A stretch of 64,000 nt of DNA from Minisyncoccota bacterium (GCA_028711065.1 JAQTSY010000001.1:22610-86609); one strand, 5' to 3'; shown: positions 39,328-51,838, numbered from the stretch's first letter. The notes: generated from the sequence alone by a model not told the origin. Numbers and translations are program-made.

Positions 39328-40485
39328 ATGAGTGAAAACAATGAGGCGGGGCCACAAATAGGAGCAAGTTGGGAGGGTTATTCAGAGGGAGAGGCGCTAG
39401 AACGTTTGAGACAACTAGGTATAAAGCCGGAATTAGCTTTTTCGATTGAAGACGAAAAAAATCTTAAAGGAGAGAAGGTGAATGCTGAAATTTTCTGGAC
39501 CAAAATAGGGAAACCCGATGGAGAAGAATTTGCTGATCTTGTTCCTGTCGAATCAAAAATCTATTTGCCAAAAGAAAATGCTAATGGCGAACTCATTCTC
39601 TTTACTCCCGGTTTCCCCGGAGGAAACGCGGGACGATTTGAACAAAGATATGCGAAAGATTTTACAGACGCTGGCTATGCATTTGCAACAATCCGGCATA
39701 ATGGGACATCACTCACCAATGGCAAAACATCAGCAGAGATCATGAACTCGCCGAAACGCACAGAGATTGCAAAACAGGCGGGAGAACATCATCTCGGCGG
39801 CACGCGACCGGAAGGATATACGCCTCGCCAGATGATTGATGAGCCGGTTGGAGTACTTTTAGCTCTTCAGGAAAAATTCAAAAGGGTACACCTCATGGGG
39901 CAGTCAATGGGTGTCGCTTCGAGCTACAACACGGCTACAAGATTAAAAAATCATCCTGAAGTGACAGACAAAATAGGAAACATTGTGGGAATCGCGGGTT
40001 ATGTGGGAGGAACCGATGGTGTTCCGGACGGCATATGGGAAGGTATGAAAGATTTTGACGGGGGCGGAAAATATCCAAATGGAATGGATGGGCTTATCGC
40101 GTACGAGCTAGACTACGTAAAAAAAGTTGACCTCAATTTCGCTCTGAATGCAGATCAATTCAAACAATCGCTTAAAGAGGTCGCGGAGAAAAATGCCGAA
40201 ATGGAAGTGCCGGAACATGTCGGGAATGTTCTCGTCTTTTGTCCTGGCGATCCGCTTATTGCTGGACCAAAAGCAAAAACAGGCGAAGAGCTTTTACAAT
40301 ACGGACCAGAAACAAAGAGAAAAGCTGTTATTGAAGATTTAAGCATGCCCGAATCAGAAAAAGCAAAAGCACATTCTATGCTTTGGATAGAGCCGGAAAA
40401 TTTGATCCGCGCAGTCGAGGCGAAAGTTTCATCTCATGGGCCACATTACTTCACGGTTGGGGGTAAAAAAGAACAAAATGGCTAA
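39328..40485 (+). CDS. Alpha/beta hydrolase
   Basis: PGFPG, GQSMG nucleophile elbow, candidate Asp (GDP) and His (AHS). Confidence 0.72.
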   Translation: MSENNEAGPQIGASWEGYSEGEALERLRQLGIKPELAFSIEDEKNLKGEKVNAEIFWTKIGKPDGEEFADLVPVESKIYLPKENANGELILFTPGFPGGNAGRFEQRYAKDFTDAGYAFATIRHNGTSLTNGKTSAEIMNSPKRTEIAKQAGEHHLGGTRPEGYTPRQMIDEPVGVLLALQEKFKRVHLMGQSMGVASSYNTATRLKNHPEVTDKIGNIVGIAGYVGGTDGVPDGIWEGMKDFDGGGKYPNGMDGLIAYELDYVKKVDLNFALNADQFKQSLKEVAEKNAEMEVPEHVGNVLVFCPGDPLIAGPKAKTGEELLQYGPETKRKAVIEDLSMPESEKAKAHSMLWIEPENLIRAVEAKVSSHGPHYFTVGGKKEQNG

Positions 40486-41263
40486 ATCAAAAATAAAAAA
40501 ATATTTTGTAGAAAGTGCTGGAAAAAAGGTTTTTGTACAAGTTGAATATCCGTCCAAAGTTCCAGCTCCAGCTATCATCGTGGGGCATGGCTTACGCTCT
40601 TACTACACGGGGTTTCTGAATATCTTTGCTAAAAAGCTGCGCGACGAGGGTTATATCAGCGTAAAATTTCATTTTATAGGGACCGGAAAAAGCGAGGGAC
40701 TATTTGAAGAAAAAAGCACGGCGACTATGGTGCAAAATTTCAAAGATGTTATTGCATATCTCAAAACACTTCCTGAAATCACTGATATCGGGGTCATGGG
40801 AAGAAGTAATGCGGGTTCTCTCGCCGCACTTGCCGGCCCAATTGAGAGAGTAAAATCCTACGTGCTTTTGGGCTCTCCTGCTTTCTATTCGTTGAACATG
40901 AAGAAATTTCTTGAGATGGCTGATACAACAAAAGGAGAATATTTCTACCATAGCTCTTTTAAAAGAAAACACACAAAGGGAGAGGGAAGACTTCCTTTGA
41001 GTTTCTTGGAAGAAATCGGAACATTCGATAAGAGGCTTCTTGAAGGAATTAAAAAGCTCAAAAACGTCTGCCTTCTCCAAAGCAAAGTAGACGAAGCTGT
41101 ACCTGTAGAGGAAGGTCATTTTGACTACTGGAAAGAAAATCTTCCAAAACCAAATTGGACAAAGATAATGGAGAAGGGCAAAAATCACAGCTTCAAAGGC
41201 TGCAAAGCTGAAGTGTACCAAGATGCAATCACTTGGTTTCGGAAAACCCTGCCTATAAGATAG
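40478..41263 (+). CDS. Alpha/beta hydrolase
   Basis: GHGL, GTGKSEG, GRSNAG, DEAVP, NHSF; start ATG 40478 overlaps the previous gene. Confidence 0.82.
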   Translation: MAKSKIKKYFVESAGKKVFVQVEYPSKVPAPAIIVGHGLRSYYTGFLNIFAKKLRDEGYISVKFHFIGTGKSEGLFEEKSTATMVQNFKDVIAYLKTLPEITDIGVMGRSNAGSLAALAGPIERVKSYVLLGSPAFYSLNMKKFLEMADTTKGEYFYHSSFKRKHTKGEGRLPLSFLEEIGTFDKRLLEGIKKLKNVCLLQSKVDEAVPVEEGHFDYWKENLPKPNWTKIMEKGKNHSFKGCKAEVYQDAITWFRKTLPIR

Positions 41264-41305
41264 GCCTAATACAGAAAGGAGAGGTTAGAAATTATAAAAA
41301 CGTAA

Positions 41306-41335
41306 AACACCGCAAGCCTTCTAGGTTGCGGTGTT
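41306..41335. terminator. Hairpin between convergent genes
   Basis: AACACCGCAA...TTGCGGTGTT. Confidence 0.6.
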
Positions 41336-41363
41336 CGTCTGACAGTTTGTACTCGAATCGGAC

Positions 41364-41948
41364 TTATTCAACGATGGTGAGCACGCCGGTATCCTTATTG
41401 AAGTCAAAGACAACGAAGCCTTTGGCTGTCAGCTTGGAACTCAGCACCACCTCCAGCAGGCGTTCGGCATTGAAGCTCGCCCCGCTCGCCATGTCCACCA
41501 ACGCCCCGATAATCGGGCGGTGGCTCACGACAAGAATCGTCTGCCCGGACTTTACTTCAGTGTGGAACTTCGCCAGGACGCGTTTCGCGCTCTCGTGCCA
41601 TGCGAGACATCCTTCGCCCTCATACCCTGGTAGAAACGCTTCGGCAACGACTTTTCCGTCGACCACATCACCCGAGCCGTGCTGGCCCAAGTCATTGATG
41701 GTCTCGAAGTCGATGTCGAGTGCGTTCGCCAAGAGCGACATGGCATCGAGCGCCCGCGCCATGCGTGAGCTGAACGCCTGTCCGTAAGGCCCCTGCGCCT
41801 TAATCGCGTCGATGAGTTTGGCGACTTTCACCATTCCATCGACAGTCATGGGCGGATTGGCCGCGACGAGCGCCAACACCTTTCCAATGATCCCTTCATG
41901 TTTCGGACCATGGAAAACGGCGACGATCCTCAAAATATTTTCGTTCAC
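41364..41948 (-). CDS. Divergent histidine-phosphatase family protein
   Basis: FHG (for RHG), SSRMARA, VVSH; GTG start with GGAGG SD. Confidence 0.6.
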   Translation of the reverse strand: MNENILRIVAVFHGPKHEGIIGKVLALVAANPPMTVDGMVKVAKLIDAIKAQGPYGQAFSSRMARALDAMSLLANALDIDFETINDLGQHGSGDVVDGKVVAEAFLPGYEGEGCLAWHESAKRVLAKFHTEVKSGQTILVVSHRPIIGALVDMASGASFNAERLLEVVLSSKLTAKGFVVFDFNKDTGVLTIVE

Positions 41949-42047
41949 GAGTAACCCTCCGTTGTTTTAAATCCCAATCCTTTTCAAGAGCCAGATTTCC
42001 GAAAGGAAACCTAAAAAGAGCCCTGAAAAAGGAACCTGCTACCTAGC

Positions 42048-42075
42048 ATTATAGCATATTCATATCTTTTGTCAA
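42048..42075 (-). promoter_or_regulatory. Consensus sigma70 promoter
   Basis: TTGACA-16 nt-TATAAT with extended TG on the minus strand. Confidence 0.7.
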
Positions 42076-42178
42076 TGTATTCATGAGCCCGCTTACCTTG
42101 CTTTTTCATGACTAAAGAGTAACCTTTTATTTTAGGGTTCTAGATGTACAAAAGGGGAAACCAACAAAGGGGGTGGAC

Positions 42179-43177
42179 ATGTCTACCACAAATGCTGTGC
42201 AGATCGTCGGCGTAAAGGATTACACCTTCGAGATGCTCATGCGGATTTTCAAGCTCGCAGATGGGTACCGGGACGCTCTGGCGCAGAGAAAGTTTGAGGA
42301 GCTGAAAGTGCTCAGAAACTGCTTGGCATTCAACTACTTCTACAGCCCCTCGACGCGCACTCGGACATCGTTCGACGTCGCCATGGAGAGGCTTGGAATG
42401 ATCGTTGAATGGTCGGAAGCCGCCGGGCAATTTTCGAAGACGGTGCAGGGAGAGATCCTCGAACACTCCGTGCGCATCTACTGCGGCTACGGCGCGGATG
42501 TATTTGTCCTCCGGCATGGAGACGATGACGCCGCCGAACGGGCATCAGTTGTGTGCAAAGAGATGGGCGTGCCGTTTCTGAACGCCGGAAGCGGTTCTCG
42601 CGAACATCCAACGCAGTTTGCGCTTGATTTCTACATCATGCTCCAGGATCTCATGGAGCGCGGACTTGTGGAGCAGATCACCAACAGGCACGTCCTCGCC
42701 AAGAGACCGATCAATCTCCTAGTGAGCATGGACCCGGAATTTGGCCGGACAATTCGTTCCGTGGTCCGCGGGCTGGCTCGATTTTTGCGGCCGCTTCGTG
42801 TTTGGGCCTGGGCGCCGTCAATTCTGACTCTTGGAGAAGACATTCTCCGGGAACTCGAAGATTTGGGGGTTCCTTTCGAGGGATATGTGACTGACGTGCG
42901 GAGGATTTTGCCGATGATCGACATCCACTATCATCAGCGTCCTCAATATGAACGGATGTCGCCGGAAAAAAGGAAAATCGTCGAGATGAACGAGCCAAGC
43001 TTCAAGGTCGGCCTCCATGAGATGGCACTTCTTGGAGGATTACTCTATCATCCGATGCCCATCGTGAACGAGGTCGACAGGGCAGTGGATACCCACCCCA
43101 AGGCTCGCTACTTCCCACAAGCTGCTTGGGGCTTGCCGGTGCGGATGGGAAATCTGGTAGAAGTCGTCAGGCGATAG
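42179..43177 (+). CDS. pyrB: Aspartate carbamoyltransferase catalytic chain (divergent)
   Basis: PSTRT, LRH, NAGSG..EHPTQ, GRT, RPQYER, HPMP. Confidence 0.8.
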   Translation: MSTTNAVQIVGVKDYTFEMLMRIFKLADGYRDALAQRKFEELKVLRNCLAFNYFYSPSTRTRTSFDVAMERLGMIVEWSEAAGQFSKTVQGEILEHSVRIYCGYGADVFVLRHGDDDAAERASVVCKEMGVPFLNAGSGSREHPTQFALDFYIMLQDLMERGLVEQITNRHVLAKRPINLLVSMDPEFGRTIRSVVRGLARFLRPLRVWAWAPSILTLGEDILRELEDLGVPFEGYVTDVRRILPMIDIHYHQRPQYERMSPEKRKIVEMNEPSFKVGLHEMALLGGLLYHPMPIVNEVDRAVDTHPKARYFPQAAWGLPVRMGNLVEVVRR

Positions 43178-43206
43178 CGCAATGCTCGCTATTCAAAATA
43201 AATACA

Positions 43207-43250
43207 GCCGTCGGTCGCCTTCTTACAAAGGTAATCGACGGCATTTTTCT
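43207..43250 (+). terminator. Intrinsic terminator
   Basis: GCCGTCG...CGACGGC then T-run. Confidence 0.65.
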
Positions 43251-43302
43251 TTCCCCCAGCATTGCAATTGATAAATTCTGCTAAATCCGTATGATAGAGG
43301 CC

Positions 43303-44046
43303 ATGTTGAATATAGAAATTTCAGCTGAAAAGCTTTTTTCATTTATGGGGCTCCCCATAACAAACGGCCTCCTTACGAGCTGGATTGTGGTTATTTTGCT
43401 TGTTATTGCTTCCTACATCCTCTCGAGAAACATCCGCAAAGTGCCGAAAACTTTTCAGAATATTGTTGAAAGCGGGGTGGAAGAACTTGTAGGAATGATG
43501 CAAGGAGTTCTTCATTCTCGAAAAAAAGCAGAGAAATTTTTCCCGCTTATTGCAACCATTTTCACCTTCGTCCTCATTTCAAACTGGCTTGGGATTTTTC
43601 CCGGAGTTGGTTCTATTGGATTTAATGAGGTTAGCGAAGGAGTTACAAAATTTATTCCTCTCACACGCTCTGCTGCAGCAGATCTCAACTTCACTCTGGC
43701 AATTGCCCTTATTTCGGTAGTAATGGTAAACATTCTTGCTATCAAGGAACTCGGCGCAAAAATTCATTTCGGTAAATTTTTCAATTTCAAGGGTCCGATT
43801 GAATTTTTCGTTGGAATTCTCGAGATTCTCGGTGAATTTGCGAAGGTTATCTCTTTCTCCTTCCGACTTTTCGGAAATGTCTTTGCGGGAGAGGTACTTC
43901 TCATCATTATGGGCGCTCTCGCACCATTTCTCGCTCCCATTCCGTTTCTTATGCTTGAAATCTTCGTAGGCTTCATACAGGCGTTGGTATTTTCAATGCT
44001 GACGCTTGTATTTTTGAGCATTGCGGTCGAGCACGAGGCTCATTAA
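43303..44046 (+). CDS. atpB: ATP synthase subunit a
   Basis: SFRLFGNVFAGE, GFIQA; start 43303 or 43291. Confidence 0.95.
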   Translation: MLNIEISAEKLFSFMGLPITNGLLTSWIVVILLVIASYILSRNIRKVPKTFQNIVESGVEELVGMMQGVLHSRKKAEKFFPLIATIFTFVLISNWLGIFPGVGSIGFNEVSEGVTKFIPLTRSAAADLNFTLAIALISVVMVNILAIKELGAKIHFGKFFNFKGPIEFFVGILEILGEFAKVISFSFRLFGNVFAGEVLLIIMGALAPFLAPIPFLMLEIFVGFIQALVFSMLTLVFLSIAVEHEAH

Positions 44047-44169
44047 GCTTGGAAGATGCGTGTGAGTAAAGTACGTTTACTTTCTTCATTCCATAAGATA
44101 TACTGGGGGCGCTTCTTTTTTTTGTTTTCTTTATTTTAGTCATTATTATTAGCCATTAAAAATCATAAA

Positions 44170-44397
44170 ATGGATATAGACACAATTAAGTTATTCGCAG
44201 TTGCAGCAACAATTATCGGTGGAACCCTTTTCCCAGCACTTGCTATCGGAAAGATTGGTTCAAAAGGCCTTGAATCTATCGGCCGAAACCCAGAAGCAGC
44301 TTCAAAAATCCAGACAGCTATGGTGCTTTCTATCGCTTTCGCTGAAGCTATTGCTATTTACGCATTGGTTGTCGCTCTCATCATTAAATTCGTCTAG
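44170..44397 (+). CDS. atpE: ATP synthase subunit c
   Basis: GRNPEA loop and FAEAIAIY (no Na+-type EST motif). Confidence 0.95.
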   Translation: MDIDTIKLFAVAATIIGGTLFPALAIGKIGSKGLESIGRNPEAASKIQTAMVLSIAFAEAIAIYALVVALIIKFV

Positions 44398-44420
44398 ATA
44401 GCGGCGAATTATAAACGGTT

Positions 44421-44936
44421 ATGAGTGACCTTCTTAATCATCTGGGGGTGGATTGGAAATTGCTACTCGCACAAGTAGTGAATTTTGCCATACTTGCTTT
44501 CGTTTTGACGAAATTCGCTTATAAGCCGATCCTCGGGATGCTCAAAAAGCGCTCCGATGATATCGAAGAGGGGCTTCGAGCAAGCGAAGAATCAAAAGAG
44601 AGATTAAGCAAGACAAAAATTATCGAAGAAGAGCGAATTCTTGCTGCTAACAAAAAAGCTCTTGCAATGGTGCAAGCTGCAGAGACTACTGCAAAAGTGC
44701 GCGGTGAAGCTATCATGGAAGACTCAAAGAAAAAGAGCGAGGGAATGGTGGAAAGCGCTCACAAATCGATAGAGCAGGAAAGAGGACGAATGGCAGAAGA
44801 AGTGGGGAAAGAGGCGAGTATGTTCGTCCGAATGGGACTTGAAAAAGTCATCGGAAAGATGGATTTCAATGAGCGTGATAATGCCCTTATCGCGGAAGCA
44901 TTGAAAGAGATGAAATCTGCTTCAACCCACAAATAA
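44421..44936 (+). CDS. atpF: ATP synthase subunit b
   Basis: QVVNF..LTKFAYKP, coiled coil, operon position. Confidence 0.92.
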   Translation: MSDLLNHLGVDWKLLLAQVVNFAILAFVLTKFAYKPILGMLKKRSDDIEEGLRASEESKERLSKTKIIEEERILAANKKALAMVQAAETTAKVRGEAIMEDSKKKSEGMVESAHKSIEQERGRMAEEVGKEASMFVRMGLEKVIGKMDFNERDNALIAEALKEMKSASTHK

Positions 44937-44939
44937 CCC

Positions 44940-45323
44940 ATGAAATATAAGCCAAAACAATATGCCGAAGCGCTCTACGAAGCTATGGAGGGAGCGAAAA
45001 AAGGAGAAGAAAAACAACTTGTGGAGCATTTTGTCCAAACAGTAAAGAAAAACAAGGATTGGATTCGATTACCGCTCATTCTCAAACATTTCGAGAAAAT
45101 ATTTGTCGAAAAGAACGGTCTGACAAAAGTAGAAGTTGAATCAGCCTATCCCTTGACCGCAAAGACGAGAAAAGAAATCGAAGGAATATTTAAAGATAAA
45201 GTACTCCTAGAAGAAAAAGTAAATCCGAGACTTATCGCTGGAATCCGAATACTTTTAAATAATTCCGTCTTTATCGATTCAAGCGCGCTCAAACACATTA
45301 ACAATCTTTTTATAAACGCATAA
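44940..45323 (+). CDS. atpH: ATP synthase subunit delta (short)
   Basis: YAEAL and LIAGI..IDSS motifs, operon position. Confidence 0.85.
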   Translation: MKYKPKQYAEALYEAMEGAKKGEEKQLVEHFVQTVKKNKDWIRLPLILKHFEKIFVEKNGLTKVEVESAYPLTAKTRKEIEGIFKDKVLLEEKVNPRLIAGIRILLNNSVFIDSSALKHINNLFINA

Positions 45324-45325
45324 TT

Positions 45326-46861
45326 ATGCCTTCACCAATCATCGAAAATCTGAAAAATGAGATCACTGGGTACAAGCGAGAAGCTCGTGCTCAAAAGATC
45401 GGGAAAGTAACCGAAGTGGGAGACGGAATTGCCCGCCTTTCGGGACTTTCTGACGTTTCGATGCAGGAAATGGTGGAATTTGAAACAAGTTCTGGCAAAG
45501 TTTCTGGCGTGGCTTTCAACCTTGAAGAAGACAGCGTTGGTGTCATCGTTCTTGGAGATTATAAAAAAATTAAAGAGGGAGATATCGTTACTCACGCGGG
45601 ACGCGTGCTTTCTGTACCAGTTGGCGATGAAATGATCGGACGAGTCGTAGATCCGCTTGGCAATCCGCTCGATGGCAAAGGACCAATTTTTAAAGCTGGC
45701 TCAAAAAACGAATTTTATCCAACAGAAAGAATCGCGCCGTCAGTAATCGCTCGCTCTCCGGTGAATACTCCTATTCACACTGGTATCAAAGCTATCGACA
45801 GTATGATCCCGATCGGCCGAGGGCAGCGAGAGCTCATCATCGGAGACCGACAGGTGGGAAAAACCTCGATCGCAATCGATACCATCATCAACCAGAAAAA
45901 CGATACTCGGTTCCAGACACCGATCTGTATTTACGTGGCAATCGGACAAAAGGAATCAAAGATCGCAAAGATCATTGCAACTCTTGAGGCTGCGGGTGCA
46001 ATGAAATACACAATCGTCGTCTCTGCTCCATCTTCTGCTCCGACTTCAATGCGATATCTCGCACCCTATAGCGCGACGGCTATCGGAGAATATTTTATGT
46101 ATAAAGGAAAAGACGCGCTCGTGATCTACGACGATCTTTCAAAGCAGGCGACTGCGTACCGAGAAATTTCTCTTCTTCTTCGACGCCCACCAGGCCGTGA
46201 AGCATACCCCGGAGACATTTTCTATCTTCACTCAAGACTTCTCGAGCGTTCAGCAAAATTAAGTAAAGAAAATGGCGGAGGCTCTCTCACTTCGCTTCCA
46301 ATCATCGAGACACAGCTTGGAGACGTGGCCGCATACATCCCAACAAACGTTATTTCTATCACTGACGGACAGATTTATCTCGAATCAGAGCTGTTCAACC
46401 AAGGTACTCGTCCTGCGGTAAACGTCGGACTTTCAGTATCCCGCGTTGGTTCTGCAGCGCAGACAAAAGCGATGAAAAAAGTGGCAGGAAAATTGCGACT
46501 CGAGCTTGCCCAATATCGAGAACTCGCTGCTTTCTCCCAATTTGCATCCGACCTCGATGAGTCAACACGAAAAACCCTTACTCGCGGAAAAGCGCTTTCA
46601 GAATCTTTGAAACAAGATGAGCTTGCTCCGATTCCATTTGAGAGACAAGCCGTCCTTATTTACACAGCGACAAATGGGTATTTTGATGCAATTGCGCCAG
46701 AAAAGATCGTTGACGCCTCGCTCTCTGTGATTGATTATCTCGAGAAGATGCACAAAGAAAAGATTTTTGAAGCGATCAAGAAATCAGGCGAAATGTCAGA
46801 CGATATCCTTAAAACTTTGAAAGATTCTTTGGCTGAATGGGTGAAGATGCAAGTAAAATAA
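45326..46861 (+). CDS. atpA: ATP synthase subunit alpha
   Basis: [18 protein letters not shown]. Confidence 0.97.
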   Translation: MPSPIIENLKNEITGYKREARAQKIGKVTEVGDGIARLSGLSDVSMQEMVEFETSSGKVSGVAFNLEEDSVGVIVLGDYKKIKEGDIVTHAGRVLSVPVGDEMIGRVVDPLGNPLDGKGPIFKAGSKNEFYPTERIAPSVIARSPVNTPIHTGIKAIDSMIPIGRGQRELIIGDRQVGKTSIAIDTIINQKNDTRFQTPICIYVAIGQKESKIAKIIATLEAAGAMKYTIVVSAPSSAPTSMRYLAPYSATAIGEYFMYKGKDALVIYDDLSKQATAYREISLLLRRPPGREAYPGDIFYLHSRLLERSAKLSKENGGGSLTSLPIIETQLGDVAAYIPTNVISITDGQIYLESELFNQGTRPAVNVGLSVSRVGSAAQTKAMKKVAGKLRLELAQYRELAAFSQFASDLDESTRKTLTRGKALSESLKQDELAPIPFERQAVLIYTATNGYFDAIAPEKIVDASLSVIDYLEKMHKEKIFEAIKKSGEMSDDILKTLKDSLAEWVKMQVK

Positions 46862-46867
46862 TTCATT

Positions 46868-49193
<2,326 letters not shown>

Positions 49194-49194
<1 letters not shown>

Positions 49195-49287
49195 AAGTTT
49201 TTTTGAAGTTGCAGCTTTTAAAATGACTAAGACTCGGCCAAGCGGCCCGGAGCGGTCTTTTTAAAAGGTGTTACGAGAAAAAACTTT
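49194..49287. repeat. Rod-like palindrome inside the atp operon
   Basis: AAAGTTTTTT/AAAAAACTTT and CTTTTAAAA/TTTTAAAAG arms. Confidence 0.6.
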
Positions 49288-49298
49288 AACAATCAACA

Positions 49299-49541
49299 AT
49301 GCAAGTAGGAATCTATACAATCAAAGACACCCTCTTTAACGGAGAGGCTACAAAAGTTATCGCAAAGACGACGACTGGAGAAATTACTATTCTTCCAAAC
49401 CATCTCCCCTTGGTCTCAACTCTCATCCCCGGAACTTTAAAAATCACTGAAAAAGATGGGCAAGAGAAATCTATTGAGATTAAATCCGGAGTCTTGGAAA
49501 TTCGTCCAGAAAGCCGTATCGTCATTCTTGCGAGCGCCTAA
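49299..49541 (+). CDS. atpC: ATP synthase subunit epsilon (N-terminal domain only)
   Basis: GEITILPNH, SGVLEI; 80 aa. Confidence 0.9.
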   Translation: MQVGIYTIKDTLFNGEATKVIAKTTTGEITILPNHLPLVSTLIPGTLKITEKDGQEKSIEIKSGVLEIRPESRIVILASA

Positions 49542-49551
49542 CCTGCTTTCT

Positions 49552-49986
49552 ATGCAAAAAGGAATTGATTATATCGGAGTGGGAGTTGTCTTTTTCTGCG
49601 TTGATGAAAAAGGAAATTTGATAATGGCGAAAAGAAACAAAAACACTCGAAATGAACATGGCAAATGGGACAACGGAGGGGGCGGAGTAGAGCTTGGAGA
49701 AACAATTGAGGAAGCGCTCAAACGAGAAGTTTCTGAAGAATACGGCGTCAAAATTATTTCTTATGAATTTTTGGGATTCCGTGATGCTTTTCTCGAACAG
49801 GACGGGAGAAAACAGCATTGGGTAGTGCTTGATTTTAAAGTACTCGTTGATCCGAAGGGGCTTCGAATCGGCGAACCTGATAAATTCGATGATATCGGAA
49901 TCTTTCCAATAGATAAGTTACCCACACCGATGCATAGCCAGATTCCGACCGCTCTGGCAAAATATAAGGACAAATTTTTCAAATAA
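49552..49986 (+). CDS. NUDIX hydrolase
   Basis: GGGVELGETIEEALKREVSEEYG Nudix box; start ATG 49552. Confidence 0.9.
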   Translation: MQKGIDYIGVGVVFFCVDEKGNLIMAKRNKNTRNEHGKWDNGGGGVELGETIEEALKREVSEEYGVKIISYEFLGFRDAFLEQDGRKQHWVVLDFKVLVDPKGLRIGEPDKFDDIGIFPIDKLPTPMHSQIPTALAKYKDKFFK

Positions 49987-49987
49987 T

Positions 49988-50671
49988 ATGAAAGCCGTCA
50001 TCATCGCCGCAGGAGTGGGGAAAAGAATGCAGCCACTCACTCTCACAACTCCTAAACCTCTTCTCACTGTTCTCGGAAAAACACTTCTCGAGCGCGTTTT
50101 TGATGTACTGCCAAATGAAATCACAGAAATGATCATTGTGATTGGTTATAAAGGCGATATGATACAAGCGAAATTCGGCAACTCCTACAAAGGGAAAAAA
50201 ATTGATTACGTTGAACAGAAAGAGCAAAAAGGAACTGCTCACGCATTAGAACTCTGCCGGCATCTCCTTACAAAAGGAGAGCGGTTTCTCGTCATGTACG
50301 CAGATGATATCCATCACAAAGAAAGCATTCAAAAAATGCTTGTCTACCAGCGCGCATTGCTTCTTTCTCGAGCTGAACATCCAGAGCGATTTGGAGTGGT
50401 AGAAATGGATAAAGATAATCGGATTCTTGAACTTGTAGAAAAGCCAGATAATCCAAAGAGCGATCTCGTCTCAAATGGCGTCTATCTTCTGGATGATAAC
50501 GTATTCAACTACAAAGCTCACGAATACAAGGGAGAACTCTATCTTCCTGTTCTTATCGAACAAATGCTGAAAGAGTATCCTGTCTATGGTGTGGTCTCTG
50601 ACCTATGGATACCGGTGGGCTACCCTGAAGATTTAAAAACCGCAGAAGAAATCTTGAGTGCGCGAAAGTAG
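49988..50671 (+). CDS. Sugar-phosphate nucleotidyltransferase
   Basis: IIAAGVGKRMQPLT..PKPL, GTAHA, VEKP. Confidence 0.9.
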   Translation: MKAVIIAAGVGKRMQPLTLTTPKPLLTVLGKTLLERVFDVLPNEITEMIIVIGYKGDMIQAKFGNSYKGKKIDYVEQKEQKGTAHALELCRHLLTKGERFLVMYADDIHHKESIQKMLVYQRALLLSRAEHPERFGVVEMDKDNRILELVEKPDNPKSDLVSNGVYLLDDNVFNYKAHEYKGELYLPVLIEQMLKEYPVYGVVSDLWIPVGYPEDLKTAEEILSARK

Positions 50672-50689
50672 ATTTGATATAATGGTAAT

Positions 50690-51334
50690 ATGAAAATTAC
50701 CAAGCTGGGCCACTGTTGTCTCCTCATAGAAGAGAAAAAACTGCGAATCCTGACTGACCCGGGAAGCTTTTCGACTCTCCAGGATTCAATCAAAAATATA
50801 GATATCATCCTGATCACTCACGAACATCAGGACCATTTTCATATTCCTTCAGTTAAAGCTGTTCTCAAAAATAACCCTGGAGCAAAAATAATCACAAATA
50901 CTGCCGTCGGTCTTCTTCTAGACAAAGAGGGAATTAAATACGAAATCCTCGAGGATGACCAAAATAGAACAGAAAAAAAAGTTCTGTTTGAGGGATTCGG
51001 CACTATCCACGCTGAAATTTACAAATCATACCCGCGAGTTCAGAACACTGGATATTTTATTTCAAATCGCTTTTATTATCCCGGGGATGCGCTTCATGTA
51101 CCCCCAAAGTCCCCAGAAATTCTCGCACTTCCTGTAGCTGGGCCGTGGCTTAAGATTTCTGAAGCTATTGATTTTACGCTCGCTTGCAAGCCAAAAATTG
51201 TTTTTCCTGTGCACGACGGGAGTCTCAAAAGTACAGAATTAACTGATCGAGTAGCGGGTGGAGCAATTACTCCCGCGAGCATCGTTTATCAAAAAATGGA
51301 ATTGGGCAAAGAGATCGACTTTGAAAAAATATAG
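50690..51334 (+). CDS. MBL-fold metallo-hydrolase
   Basis: THEHQDH, YPGD, PVHD. Confidence 0.88.
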   Translation: MKITKLGHCCLLIEEKKLRILTDPGSFSTLQDSIKNIDIILITHEHQDHFHIPSVKAVLKNNPGAKIITNTAVGLLLDKEGIKYEILEDDQNRTEKKVLFEGFGTIHAEIYKSYPRVQNTGYFISNRFYYPGDALHVPPKSPEILALPVAGPWLKISEAIDFTLACKPKIVFPVHDGSLKSTELTDRVAGGAITPASIVYQKMELGKEIDFEKI

Positions 51335-51463
51335 ATTTTTATACTTTTCCACAGTTGGTTTTTTGAACAATCTGTGGTATTGTGCTTATCCAGTACCAGT
51401 ACGAGATAGGAAACCAGCGGGGTTTCCTACAGGCAGGGGTAGTGCAAACAGGGAGGAAGACGT

Positions 51464-51733
51464 ATGTCGAAGTTGCGTAAAGACTTAGGGAGAAGTCACC
51501 GGAATGGAGTCAGGAGCAAGGCTCATGCGCTCCAAGTTTTGGCGAGCAATCCGCATGCGGGTAAGCTCGTCAAACGGAGCACGAAGCGGCTGCTTCTGGA
51601 AGCGTCGAAAATCCTGGCCAACAGGAAGGCCTTGGCCGATGCCGAAACCACGCGAATTAACCTCGCCCGACAACAGCGGGACCAACGGAGAGCCTCAGCG
51701 CGCTTGCAATCTCAGGCCGCCCTTGTGGCCTAA
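51464..51733 (+). CDS. Small basic helical hypothetical protein
   Basis: GGGAGG SD, GC-rich ORF, hairpin plus T-run downstream. Confidence 0.55.
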   Translation: MSKLRKDLGRSHRNGVRSKAHALQVLASNPHAGKLVKRSTKRLLLEASKILANRKALADAETTRINLARQQRDQRRASARLQSQAALVA

Positions 51734-51838
51734 CCAGTTTCGACCACCGCGAGAGCTACTTCAGTTCGATAAACGACCATTACCGCGGTCGTTTTTTCTT
51801 TTAGGGAAACTCTTCCTGATTTGATACAATTTAGACAA

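Noticed and set aside
31966-41335. Integrase-mobilised island at tRNA-Ala
   Set aside because: No integrase and no direct att repeat seen; the tRNA copy is inverted and on the side away from the array.
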